Notes under the pieces: generated by a model
Told to the model about the DNA's origin: nothing
What the model saw: the letters and a program-made list of their open reading frames with translations, nothing else
Database searches by the model: none
Made by a program: the position numbers and the translations under genes
Shown here: in pieces, positions 37,393 to 49,525 of the stretch
How positions within the stretch are numbered: position 1 is the first letter of the stretch
Layout: every line of letters begins with the position of its first letter
Assembly (NCBI GenBank): GCA_013265495.1
Contig: MU057887.1
Span: 2,699,576-2,761,575, forward strand
Reading direction: 5' to 3'
Length of the DNA: 62,000 bases
Source of the DNA: Vicugna vicugna
Lineage: Eukaryota

Positions 37393-37484
37393 TGCACTTG
37401 GAGAAATCAGACATTTCCCTAAAACACAAACAGGCATGTGCACTTGGAGAAATGAAACATTTCACTAAAACACAAGATAGACAT
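37393..37484. repeat. Two-copy 46-bp tandem duplication
   Basis: tgcacttggagaaatcagacatttccctaaaacacaa at 37393 and tgcacttggagaaatgaaacatttcactaaaacacaa at 37439. Confidence 0.9.
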
Positions 37485-39241
37485 AATAATAATTTATAGC
37501 TTGGAACATCAGTCCTAGAGAAAAAAAGTCCTTCCTTTTTAGAATTGATAAAGCAAATAAAATGCAAATTAACAGTTCCTGTGAGTTCATTTTCTTTTCC
37601 AGTATATCTGGGATAAAGAAGAACAGTTAGAATCCGTGTTTGTGAATTGTTTTTGTTATCAGCCGGGATTTTTATTGCCCCAAATGTTTTTGTGTTATGG
37701 AGCAGATATATTTGTATCATATTAATTAGGGAAACTGATACGTATCAGAGAGGATTCAATTATCCTGTCTATTAGATCGGGGCGTTCCTCTGCAGCACGC
37801 AAGGTGTTGACTTGCTGGCGCTGCTGAAAAGAAGACTGGACTGTTTCTTGGCCTGGTTGTGGGCTGGGGGGTGCTACGTTCTTGGCCCAGGGAGAGCCCT
37901 CCCTTCTCTGCAGCCCGCTGAGATTCCTGTTTAAGGAGTTGGGCTCCACCCTCTGGCTGGAGAAGGACCTGCAGCCCATCAATTAGCTTAGTTGCTATAG
38001 TGACACAGCCTTGTCATTTTCTCCTATTGGGGAAGAAAAGCAGGAAGGGGAGAGGGGCCCCTCGATGCTGTCTTAAAGATGCACACCCCGTCTCAGTGTG
38101 CTCTCCCTGAACAGCAGGGCTGCACGCCTGGTAAAGGGTGGGCTAGCGGGCGGAGAGCTTGGAGGAGGAAGTTGAAATTCTCCTTCGTTCTGCTCTGGGG
38201 AAACATCCGTCCTTGTGGCTTAGAAAACGCTGATTGAGAGCGTCTTCCCCTTAGTGTGTCTGGAGCGGAGAGGGCTGCCTGGACCTGGTCCTCGGCTGGA
38301 GTGGGACAGCTCTGGGGAAGCCTGGTTTCACTGTGTGCTGGGCTCGTCCCCATGACCCCGAAGACGCGGTGTCTCACGCTGGCAGACGACGTATCGGCTG
38401 TAGTAACAGTGAGGGACGCGGAGGGAACGGTGGGCCTGTGCCTGCCCCACCACACTAAGCCTTGACTTGACACTTGCTTGCAGGCTTTCATTTGAAGGTG
38501 GAGAAGGCGGTGCTTCCCCGTGGTTGCACGTGCCCTGTCTGGACAGGCGTGGTGGACAGACCTTCCTGGCGTGTACACGGTGGCAGGAAAGCCTTCATTT
38601 TCAAGCACCAGGGAGCAGGGTGGGGAGAGGCAGTGTGACTGTTTTTGACTTTTTTCTTCCCAAATAAATCTCATCAGAGTTGAATTGTAGCTTTAAGTTA
38701 ACTTCACTTCCTGGCCGCAGCCGTGAGAAGAAATTGCAAACAGCTTCTGAATTGCTTTTAATCCATTAGAATCCTAACCGAGCGTAAGCTCTGATGTTGC
38801 ATTTCCTTTATAAATATAATTTATTGCATATTTAGGAGAGATTAGAATATGCCACTTTTCTGCTGTTGAAATTTTATTTCTGGAGTTTGTGAAGAGGTAA
38901 AATGGAGACTACTGGAAAGTTAATGGAGTGGCAGCACTCAGAAGTTTATTCCGTGTCCTTTTCTTCCTCCTCCTGTGTTTTGTATTTGATGAATTTCCAG
39001 CAGGAGGAGAGGTGCTGTTTATTTCTTTCAGCTCCATAGAGAGAGGTTTTACCTGTGCGTGTGGGGTCGTGTCCGCTGAGCTCCGTACTCCAGGACCAGG
39101 GAGGTGGAGGCAGTCTTGCCCCTGGAAGGCAGCCAGGATGACTGAGACGCCGAGGGAGGGTCCACACCCTCTTGGATGCTCCCTGACATCTCAGTCCCCG
39201 CAGCAAGGCCAGAAGACAGTGTACCCAAGATGGGGGCTGCC

Positions 39242-39394
39242 GGGGGCGAGTACAGCTCAGTGGTAGAGTGCGTGCTTAGCATGAACAAGGTCCAGGGTTC
39301 AGTCTCCAGTCCCGCCATTGAATAATAAATAAATAAGTAAATAAACTTAACTATCTCCCCCCTAAAAAATAAATAAAATAATACTTAAAAAAAA
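39242..39394 (+). mobile_element. tRNA-derived SINE (camelid vic-1-like)
   Basis: gggggcgagtacagctcagtggtagagtgcgtgcttagcatg...gggttcagtctcc head, (taaa)n tail, C-run and A tail. Same family as 29781. Confidence 0.85.
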
Positions 39395-42300
39395 CGAGGT
39401 GAGCTGCTCAGCCCACCCGCTCTGTTCCCTGCTCTGGACCTGCCACTTGACAGCCCCGTCGTGAAATACGCAGATCAACTTTTGTGGCATGAAGTATTTT
39501 CAGGTGACTTTTATGGGCGTAATTATGGGAGGATGTTATGATAATGCAGCACTAGAAAAGGGAAGAAAAGCAAAACATTAAAATCCCCGTTTCTTTATGT
39601 GGCGTCACAGCTGTGCTGATTTAGAAGGGCTCATTTTTGCATTAAAATGTGGTGCTCCGGAGTTAATGACCTTGACAGCATGCCACCTGTCACCCAGAGC
39701 CGTGGGTGCTGGCCGAGTGACAGGAGGAGACCGGTGACAAGGAGGCCAGGGGCCGGGACCCTTGCTGGAGGGAGGCCCGCGGAGAGGGGCCTGAGCCTCT
39801 GCTCGGTCAGGTTGCTGGGGAGACCGTCGCTCACCGCCCTCCCAGGGGCCTGGGTGGCACACGGGACTGACAGTGCCTGGCGGTGTCCCTTTCTGAAAGC
39901 GGCTGCGCAGGCCATGGGTAGCCCCCGAGCCCAGCTTGGGGCTGCCGGGGCTGCCCCAGGGCTCCCACGGCTTCTGGGAAGCCTCCAGCCTGCCAATCCC
40001 TCCCCCGGCCCCTCCGCACGGTTTCCAGATCTGGGCCCTGGAGCTGCGCTCACTGAGGCTCCCAGCAGGCAGCACAAGCTGTCTTGATGGCTGGGCTTTC
40101 CAGAAACAGCCCCGCAGCTGGCAACGGATCCGGGCAAGCCTCCCCGGCTCTCCTTCACCCCGGCGGGCACAGTGGAGGGCTCCCGCAGGCCCTCTCACGT
40201 TCACTTATTTACTCGAAGGGCTGGCAGGAGTCGAGGGAGGAATCAGTCTTGTCTCCAACGAGGCCGGCGGGACTCCTCTGGCCTGCCCTGGTCCCGGTGG
40301 CCCTCAGGAGGCCCCGTTCCAACTTTGCGTGCCCGCGGTGTCCTCGGGGATGGCGGGTCCAGGCCTGGTGGGACAGTGGCTCCCCGGTGAGATGTCCCCG
40401 GGAGAGGCCCCACTCATCTCAGTGCCCTGCCCCGCTGTCTGGTGGTGCTGGGTGCTGCTGCACCCCCTGCTGTGGAGGGACTGGCCTCTGTGGGGCCCCA
40501 CCTGGGGACTTGGCTCCCTTTCCGAGTGTGTTGAATGAGGCAGGAGTGGTGGAGGACCAGGGTGAGGCATGGTGCTCAGTGGCTTCTCTGTCTCCAGGCT
40601 GGCTGCCGGGAGGTCCTCATGTGTGGCTCCCCTAGAACGGAGCTGTGCACCCGTCCTGCCCTCCCGTCGCCCACCTCCTCCCCTTTCACCTCACTGGGGC
40701 CTCACAAAGCCAGATCTTTCCTGCCCGGTGGCTCTCTCCATCCCTCTGTCCTGGCCTGCCTGAGTCCAACCCCGGGGCCTGACCCCAGCACCTCCCTTCT
40801 TGGGAGCGTGCTAACAGCCCTCAGTGCTGCGGAATGCACAAAGGGAACCCCGAGCTGGACTGGGCTCCAGAAAATGCCCTGACCCCAGTGTCAGAGGCCC
40901 CTTCCTCCAGGAAGCCTCCCCTGAGCACACCCCTCCTCCCCTTTCCAGTGCGCTCATTCATCTGGACACCGGCTCTCAAGGCTCTTTTCCCACCTCTGTT
41001 TTCTACTCTGAGCCCCAGGCACCGACTGCCCATTCTCTGAACAAACATGCATTGATATGGAGCCCTGGGCGGGTGATCTGTTACGGGGCGGGGCTGAAGG
41101 GCTAGGGGTGGGGCCCAAGGTTTGGGGCGGGGCCAATGTGTTAGGTGTGGCCAAAGGGCTGGGGGCGGGACCGGAAAGATGTCTTATGACAAATGAAATA
41201 TTTGTGGGGTCCGGAGGATCAGTCTGGTTCTAACACTGTCTGATTAAAAAGAAAGAAAAAGAAAAGTTGCGGACTCTCCGTGAAACGTTCGCTGCTCTGT
41301 GATGCGTCTCCGGCTGGGCTCTCACACGGCCAGGGTAAGAACCCACCTGCCGCCCGGTGCTCCCTGGTTTGTTGAATCAAGCCTCAGGTCCTGGCGGCGT
41401 GGCAGCCCTGTCCCTGTCTGTAGCTGAAGGGCCAGCGCGGGGATGCGGGACGTTCAGCCCCCACGCCTTCCCCGCAGGCCAGGCAGGCGGCGCGTCCCCG
41501 CAGCCTGCGCCCCAGCCGGGCGGAGCCTGGGACGGGCTGTCTGCTGGGAGGGGAGGCTCCCCGCGCGCTGTGTCTCCAGGGCCTGGAGCCAGCCTCGGGG
41601 CCGCGAGTTGCTTGCAGCCTCTCCGCCGCGTAGTGATTCCTCCGCATCCCGCGTGGAACTCTGTTGCCCGTGGTGATAAAGCCGTGCGCAGGCGATCAGA
41701 CCTGCCTGACCGCGCGGCGACGGGGAGCCCACCGCCCTCCGTCAGCTCCCCACCTGCTCAGTGATGCTCGCCTTCCTGGGAGGCAGTTGAGTCTCTGGGT
41801 GTAACTTCGGAGGTTCCTCTCTAAAGCCCTTTGAAACAAATTCATAAATGCCTTTCCCTCTGGAGGGTTCTGCTGCCTCTGGCAGGACTTGGCTGTCTGG
41901 AAGCTGCCTTTATTTCAGTCCTTTTGGGAGGGGACCAGAGCCAGCTGCCTGTACCCCCGTTGGAGCTCCACCGGGCACTTTCTGGTCCAGCCTGCTCCCA
42001 CCCACCGGCCCGGGCCTGGGCCTTGGGTGGGAGCAGTGCCCGGTGTCAGGGGACCTGTGCCAGTGGAGCCTACAGACCCACGAAGTGCCAGAATGCCCCG
42101 GGCCCGGCAGGGGTCCATCCCGGGCCCCTGGGCAGCCTGTGGCCGCCTTGCTCCGGGAGCCACCTCCCTCTCATCCGCCCTCCTTGTGAGTCTGGACTCC
42201 GGTGTTTCTCGTGCCACGCTCCTGCCAGGCATTGCCCCTGCGTTTTCAGGTGACAGCACTTTCCCCGGGTCCTCACACGGTCCAGGGCCCTGCGTGGGCA

Positions 42301-45300
42301 CGTGCACAGGGTGTGCGGACGTTTACGAGGCTGCACGTCGAGCTGAGTCTGAGGGCACCCCTGCAAGCACGTGCCTGCGGAGCACACACGCACACCTGTG
42401 CGGGTCTCCCTGCAGCCCCCGGACCCAGCCTGCACTTTGCTTTTCAGCCTCAGACTCCGAGTGTCTTGAGCCAAACCCGTGGTCTGCCCCCACCAAAGCA
42501 GTCACCCCGGGAGACGCCAGGTGGTGCGGCTGGCACTTCACTGGTCCTCAGGACTTTCCTCACCAGAGAGTCCTTCACCAGCAAGGCGGGACGCCCAGGT
42601 GCGGCCTGGCCTGGCCACTTCCTTTGTGGACAGAGGCTAGACATGGCTGGAGGCCACGTAGGAAAGGGCCGGACGGGCCGGAGCTCAGGCCTCCCCTCGC
42701 TGTGCCGGCTCCTGCCATCGCCTGGCCCCTTCCGGCCGCGTCTGCTTCTGTTTGTGCACATGTGCACACACCGTGGACACATGTCCTGTCCCTTCCATTG
42801 GGGCCTCTGTTTCTGCACCTCAAGGTGCTAATCATCTCCCCGGGCCCGACACTTTAGGAGGATAAGCCCAGAGCTGAGGTCCGCAGGTTTGCAGGGCTCC
42901 AACCCACGGTCCCAGAGCAAATCCCCGGGTGACAGACGGCAGCTTGGGCTTGCCGGGACCGGCCGCTCACGCTGCAGCCCGGGCTGGAGTGACGGCCGCT
43001 TGCTCTCTGCTTCAGCTCCGCGGGCTGAAGGACCAGCGGGCTTTCGCTGTAGTTCACACAAGGAGGCTGAGACATCGCTGGACAAACACCTCGAGTGCAC
43101 TTTCAAACGAGGGGTGGCTCACGCGGGTCACCTGGTGCCACGTGGGCTGGGCTGGGCCGGGGTGGTGCCCCGGGGTCCCTGAGCACACAGAGCTTGTGGC
43201 TTGGTCCTCAGGGCACAGGGACCCTCTCTGCGGAGCAAGGACTGCGGATGGGTGGCCCCTGTAGGTTTGCTGCTGTCTCCGCTTCTGCCCTGGCCAAGCC
43301 GGAAAGCAGAGCCTGCTGGGGCTCTCCTGGCACTGAGCGGGCGTGTAATGATGTCGCTGAGAGGCCCTGGGACCTCGCGCATGGTCACCTCTGCAGCTGG
43401 GTCCCTCTGTGGGCCCTTCCCCGCTGGCATCCTTCCACTTCCCACCTGCCACAGCCACCTCGGGGCCCCGCGTGCAGGAAGGCTTGGCGCTCCAGCAGGT
43501 GGGCCCGCGCCCAGCGGCTCCTCCCCAGGGAGGCTGGTGCCTGGCACGTCTGCTGGAAGGAGTGAGTGAGGAGGAGGGTGGGGGCTCATGCACCCCACTG
43601 GCTTCCTAAGGCTCCTTCTGAAGTAGCTCAGTCAGTCTGACCCTTCCCTCTGCCCAGGGCTCCTCTGGCTCCAGACCGGCCAGCGGGCCCTCCCAGGCAC
43701 CTGGCCCTGCCTCTCTTGCCCCACCTCAGTCACACCCCGTCCATCCTTGCAGCCACCCTCCAGACATTCCGAGTGACCGCGGATTCCCAAGACCACGCTG
43801 TCCCACACCAGCCTCCTGGAGCCCACTCCCCCGTCCTGCCCCCGCCTGGTTGGCTCTGTCTCCATCCTGGTGATCCCCCTCCCTGCCCCCCAGGACTGGC
43901 TCATATGCTCGATGGGGAACTGCTGTGGAGGAGATGCGTGGACTGATGGGAGGGCCTGCTCTCCTGGGCACTGGGACCCAGGGCCTCACTCGCCTCACGT
44001 GCGCGGAGCTCCCATGCCAGCTGTGAGCAACCCCAGGCCTGCCCCTTGCGCTCAGGTCCCCCGCCCCGATGCAAGGTCCGGCAGCTGGGTGTGCTCAGGG
44101 GTGCGGCTGGGGTGAAGACGGCTCCCTGAATGCCCCTCTGGTCCAGGCTCGTCTCTCCAGGGAAGGGAGTGCCCAGGGAGGGCAGGGCAGACGTGGGCCT
44201 ACAGGGGGAGGCAGCTGCTTCTGGGAGGGCTGAGCTCTGCTGGCCTCGCTGTACCGCCCCCAGCACACCTGCCCGGGGCCCGGGGGCAGGGGCTGGGGAG
44301 AGGCCCTTGTGCCTCGCAGGTGCACACTCGCTGCACGAAGGAGGTGGTCTCCCTCCGACCCGGGCGCTCGTAGGCCCTGGGAGTTCTGATGGGGTGGCCG
44401 GTAGGGCCTGACCGACCAGTGAGCCTGCACGCTGAGTGGTGTCCCCGGGGAGGGCAGTGTGCTGGCCCTGCCTGAGGCCAGAGCTGGAAGCCTAGGAGGG
44501 CCTCCTCCTCTCCCGGTAGGCCTGGGCATGAGCTGGGGGAGACTTGTGGCCTCTGTCCCTGAGGCTGCTCTCTGTGCCCCTGCAACTGACACTGCAGGCT
44601 CCCACAGCCCCTGCTGTCCTGGTCACCGTTGTGCTGTGTCCTCAGTGGGGGTGGGGGCCTCTCCAGGGAAGGCCCCCGGCCCCCAACACTGCACCCCAGG
44701 TTTACCGACGGCTCTAAAACAGTTTCCCAAGAGATCGGACGAAATAGAGTTGCTGTAGAGATGGGGTCATGAGGGCCCTGAGCCTTTCAGGACACCCCCA
44801 CCTTGGTCCCACCTGGTCACACCTGCCTTGTCCCCATGTCTTGAATGTCCAGCGAGAAGGGACGCTGAACAGTCAGGCGGGCCCTCCTGGTGTCCTCGCT
44901 GACGACCTGTGATGGGCCGGTTTCCCCTAAGCTCTACCCCGAGGGCTTCAGCGGACGCTCAGGAAGGTCCATACCACAGTTATGAACGTCGGTGAGCTTC
45001 CTCACTTGTTCCTGACATCACTGCTTGGCGAGATGACGGAGCAGTCTCCCTGGCCTGGTTGACCAGAGCCCACACAAGTCGGCGGAGCTGGACTGAGGTC
45101 CGTGGCCCCCTGCCGTCAGGTGTGGGCGGTGTCGGGGAGAAGGGCGCGGCCGTCCTTCTGGGACCCGGCGTGATGTGATGCTGCCGAAGGCTGTGGAAGG
45201 CGGTTCGCAGCCCCCCCGGGGCCTGAAGCCTCGCAGCTCAGGGGGAGACCCGGGCAGTTCTCGGGGGGCTTTGCTGTTAGGACGTTTCACGGCTAAACTG

Positions 45301-46024
45301 CTACTGTCCCCAAGCTGCCCTGAACGCCCCTGGACGCAGGTGAAGGCCTTTCTTGGCTCTGTATTTTGATTATTTTTCTCTGTTACCCGATAGCACGTCC
45401 CGATTACGGCAAAATACCATGAACAGGTTGACAGGACTCTGTTAATTAGTTGATGCTAATCTACATTCCTCGCCACGGCGCGGCTGAAGGAGGCCAGCCT
45501 CAGAGCCACGCCAGGTGTTCCGCGCACTCCCCTCGTGGTGCTGGTGCGCTGTGTCTCTTTCCCTCCCCGGCTCACCCCGGGGGCCCAGCGGCCACAGGAG
45601 CGAGCTGTGCAGGGGGCAGAGGTTGGGCCCCTGAACTGCGTGCTGGGGGCCATCACGTCCACGTCTGCAGGCTGGAGGGGACAGGCGTCTGCTCCCTGTG
45701 TGTGGCGGGTGGGGCTTCCTGGGAGAGTGTCAGCTTCCCCGGGGACAGTCACCCTGGGAGGACCACGGGGGGCGGGGGGGCACGCCGCTCACTCGGTTAA
45801 ACACTCCTGTGTTCTGGAAACACTGCCTCTCCGTCAGGCCAGCTGGGGCCCCCACGGCGTCCTGGTCAGCCCAAACCGCACAGTGAAAGTTCTCAGGGCC
45901 CAGATCTGGGAGTGCATGTGTGTTAACTAACCTGGGCAGGTTTCTGAACCCCATCACACTGAGATGCGAGGTCCCAAACTAAGGGAAAGCAGAATGCGTC
46001 ATCACGGTCAGCACCTGGGACACT

Positions 46025-46270
46025 GGGCTAGGGTTAGGGTTAGAGCTGGGGTTAGGATCAGGGTCACGGTTAGGGTCAGGGTTAAGGTCAGGGTTGGGGT
46101 CAAGGTTAGAGTTAGGGTCAGAGTCAGGATTAGGGTTAGAGTTAGGGTCAGGCTCAGGGTCAGGGCTAGGGTCAGGGTCAGGCTCAGGGTCAGGGCTAGG
46201 GTCAGGCTCAGGGTGAGGCTCAGGGTCAGGGCTAGGGTCAGGGTCAGGGCCAGGGTCAGGGCTAGGGTTC
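46025..46270 (+). repeat. Interstitial telomere-like array of variant hexamers (GGGTTA/GGGTCA/GGCTCA/GGGCTA)
   Basis: 41 consecutive hexamers in unbroken 6-bp phase, including 14 GGGTCA, 5 GGGTTA and 1 AGGTCA. Confidence 0.93.
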
Positions 46271-49200
46271 GGGGGAGGGCCAGGCACTGAATGTGGCCAG
46301 TGTTTGGTCTGTTTCAGCTCCGTCTTCATCTCAAGGTTCCAGGATGAAGACGGAACAGATTTTAAAGGCAGAGCAGCAGAAACCCACGCGGTGGAGCGGT
46401 GACCGCTGGCCCCCCAGCTCTGAAGCCCAGCGCGTGTGAGCGTGACGCAGGCGGCCTGTCAGATGCTGTCGTCGTGGAGATGCTACAAGGTGCCCCAGGC
46501 ACCATCCCTCTCTCAGGGGTTCAGAAGGGTTCTGCCTGTTACATCGGGGGAAGCTGGCAGGACACGCAATACCTCTGTCCACTCAACACGCCAACACCGC
46601 CTACTGGACCTGGAGGGAGCAGGTCGATAAACCTCCTCCAGGGGACGGGACCCTCAAACCTGATGCCCGGTTTGCTCGCTCCTGGTTCTCGGGGCCAGTG
46701 AGGCAGCCGGTGCTTCTGAGAAACAGAGGAGCCAGACTCAGCGCCACCGAGCACACGTGACGCGGCCTGGAGAGTGTCCTGTTGGGAGTCTGCAGGGCCT
46801 AGAAGGTTCCGCGGGGTGGGCCAGCCACCTGTGACTGGACACTTGGCACAGCCTCGTCTCCCACCGGTGCCGTGACCAGGGCTTTTGCCGGTCAGATTTC
46901 CATCAGGGCGGCTGCAGGCCCAGCACGTCCTTCCCTGCAACCCAGGTGGACGCAGTGGGGAGGGCCAGGAGCTGGCCCGCCATGCAGGCTCTCCCACAGG
47001 CTTCCCGGCCTTGGACTTGGGTCTCCTTTCCTGTTTCCCGCGCTCAGGTTCGGCGTCTCCACTTACCAGGCGCCGATTGGAGCTCCTCCAGAGGTGGGAG
47101 CTGGTCCTCAGCTCCTCGCTGTGTGGAACCCACGTTTGCACTGGGCTCTGAGCCCGAGGCCTGACCCGGCCTCCCTGTCGTCATACTGTCCGGGGGCTCC
47201 GGGGCCTCCAAAGAGCCAGTGCTGCCGAGGTCAGTCCAGACTGGCCACCGCTGTCGGTCATGTACACGTGTGTATGGATAAGGCTCTGATGGCTGAGGTG
47301 TGGACACAGGGATCCCACCTGGTTCCACTCTGACTTGGAAGACTGGCTCTGGCAGGTGTTTTTACCTGCACAGTGGATGGGCTGTTAGTGACTTCCTAGT
47401 CCACTGAAGTTCTAGGAGGAGAGGTCATCTGGGCCACGGAGTCCTCATGGTCAATGCCTTGCCTTCCGGCCCAGCTGTAATGCAGGCGAGGACCCTATTT
47501 GTCCCAGGAGTCTCCCCTCTGGAGCTCCTCACGCTCCTTTCCCACCAGGAGCCCCCGCCTTGTCCAGCACGCAGCAGCCCTGAGACTCCCTCTGCAGCCC
47601 CACCCTTGCTGGTCCCTGTGTCTCCGTGACGGCTAAGTCCTCTTCGATGCCGGGGTGGAGGTGACCTCCTGTGGAGGCACTGCCCAAATTTGCTCCTGAG
47701 ACTTTATTCATGCAAAAGAAGGACCCCCCCATGCAGGGCTGCAGTGTCTAGAACCAGTCCTGCAGACCTGAGCCCCGCAGACAGGACGGGGCGTCCCCCG
47801 AGGCCCCCGGAAGCACCGGCCCAGGGAGAGTGGGGCCTCCATGTGGTTCCTTCATGGTCACTCTCTTCTGCTCAGAGAACACAGCATGTGCGCCTGTCCT
47901 TTGACAGAGCAGGACGGGCTGGCGTACAGCCCAGATGCTGCTCACTCGCAGTGACCCAGAGGAGGTCCTCACCTGTAAAACCACATGGCCGGTGCTGCCA
48001 CCGCCTCCACCTGGGAACAGCAGGGCCCTGACCAGCAGAGGTTCACCTGGATGTGGGTTCCCCTGCGTGCCTGGCACAGGAGGGCTGGACACGCCAGCCA
48101 TCGCATCGCGGGACGCTGTGCTGTGTTCACACCCCAAGTGATGGGGGCTCTGGGAGGCGTGTCCACCTGTACGCGGTGCCAGTCTCTGAGCTGAGCAGTC
48201 CTTGGAAAGTGCCCCCAGCACGACACTTGACTCCTGTGAAGGAGCAGCCCGAGGAGCCTTCTGGAATGCGTCCACCGGCCTGCGACCTCCAACAGCCCAC
48301 GCAGGCTTGCCTGGCCTCAGAAAGCCCCGTAGCCCGTGAGCTGTCAGCGCCGCGGGTGGGTGCGTGTTGGGCTTCCGGAGACAAGATGGGTTCTGTCCTG
48401 AGCAGGGGCTGAGGGCAGTAGGTGGGGGTGGCCGACCCTGACGGCAGATGGGGGGGTGAGTGCGCAGAGCCCACCAGCTGGGAGAAAAAGTGGGGGACGC
48501 GGGAGGGCTGGGCCGTCAGGCGGGCTTCCACCCAAGGACTGTGTTGGGTGGGAGGCGTCCTGTAGGTCCCCTGGCCTTGGGACCTTTGGGGGAGTTGCGT
48601 GTGGTCAGTTACCCAGCCCAGCCTGGCCCCGACACAGCAGCTGCCCGAGCTGGGCCAGCTGGTCTCCTGCAAAGAGATGTTGGAGTCTGTGCGTGGCGCG
48701 GCCCTGCATCCAGAGGCGAGCGTGCTGATCCAGCCCCGAGGCGACGCTGGTGCATGAGGGGCCCTGCGCACATGGCCCTGCTTTCCCCTCGCTCAGTTAC
48801 CGTCTGTGCCAAGGCCACTGGGTCCAGGCTGAGGCTGCATTTCAGAGGAGGGTGGGTGCTCGGCAGTGATAACCTGTGTCTCCACAGGATGGAGCAGTGG
48901 GTGCTTGCCCCGGGCCACCTGGAGAGCCAGGGACAGGCCGGCCATCCCTGCGGGGGTCTGGCTGTGTTCACTGGCTCCGGGGCTTCGCCCAGCTCTGGCT
49001 CCACCGTTCTTGTTTTGCTAGAGTTCAGTACTTACTGTTTGTTTTTTGAAAACAAAATTTCCCCTAATGATTATAGCTTTAAGAATTAAATTTAAGACAA
49101 ACGTTCATTGGGCAATAATCGACTTCAAATTTGAGAGAAAACAAATAGCGGATTCTGCCACGAACTGTTCTTACAGCGACACTGTGTCCTGCAGTCTTGT

Positions 49201-49525
49201 TCTGGCCCCCTGTGAGATCTGGTGGCAGGCCTCCTTCAGGAAGCTCCCCTGGATCTCCCCCGCCCCCACTGTGCTCCAAGGCCCCTGAGGGCAGGAACAC
49301 CGCCACGTCCTGCTCTGCAGCCTGTGGCCGTCCCCCCAGGCCTCCACGGAGGAGGCAGATGGTGAGTGTGGACGTTGAGATGTCAGTCTTTGCCCTTTCC
49401 CGCCTCTGCCTGGGCAGGCAGGGAGGTCTGAGCATCACCCGTATCTCACAGACTTCCTTCCCACGCGTTAGAAGCACTTGGGGACTGAAAGAAAGGACTT
49501 CAGTTGTTTGCAAAAATTCAGTCCT

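Noticed and set aside
42753..42768. 16-bp perfect palindrome TGTGCACATGTGCACA
   Set aside because: Tandem copy of a low-complexity 8-mer with no supporting context.
45979..46329. Minus-strand (PD/PN)n ORF
   Set aside because: Simple translation of the hexamer array, with no independent evidence of coding.
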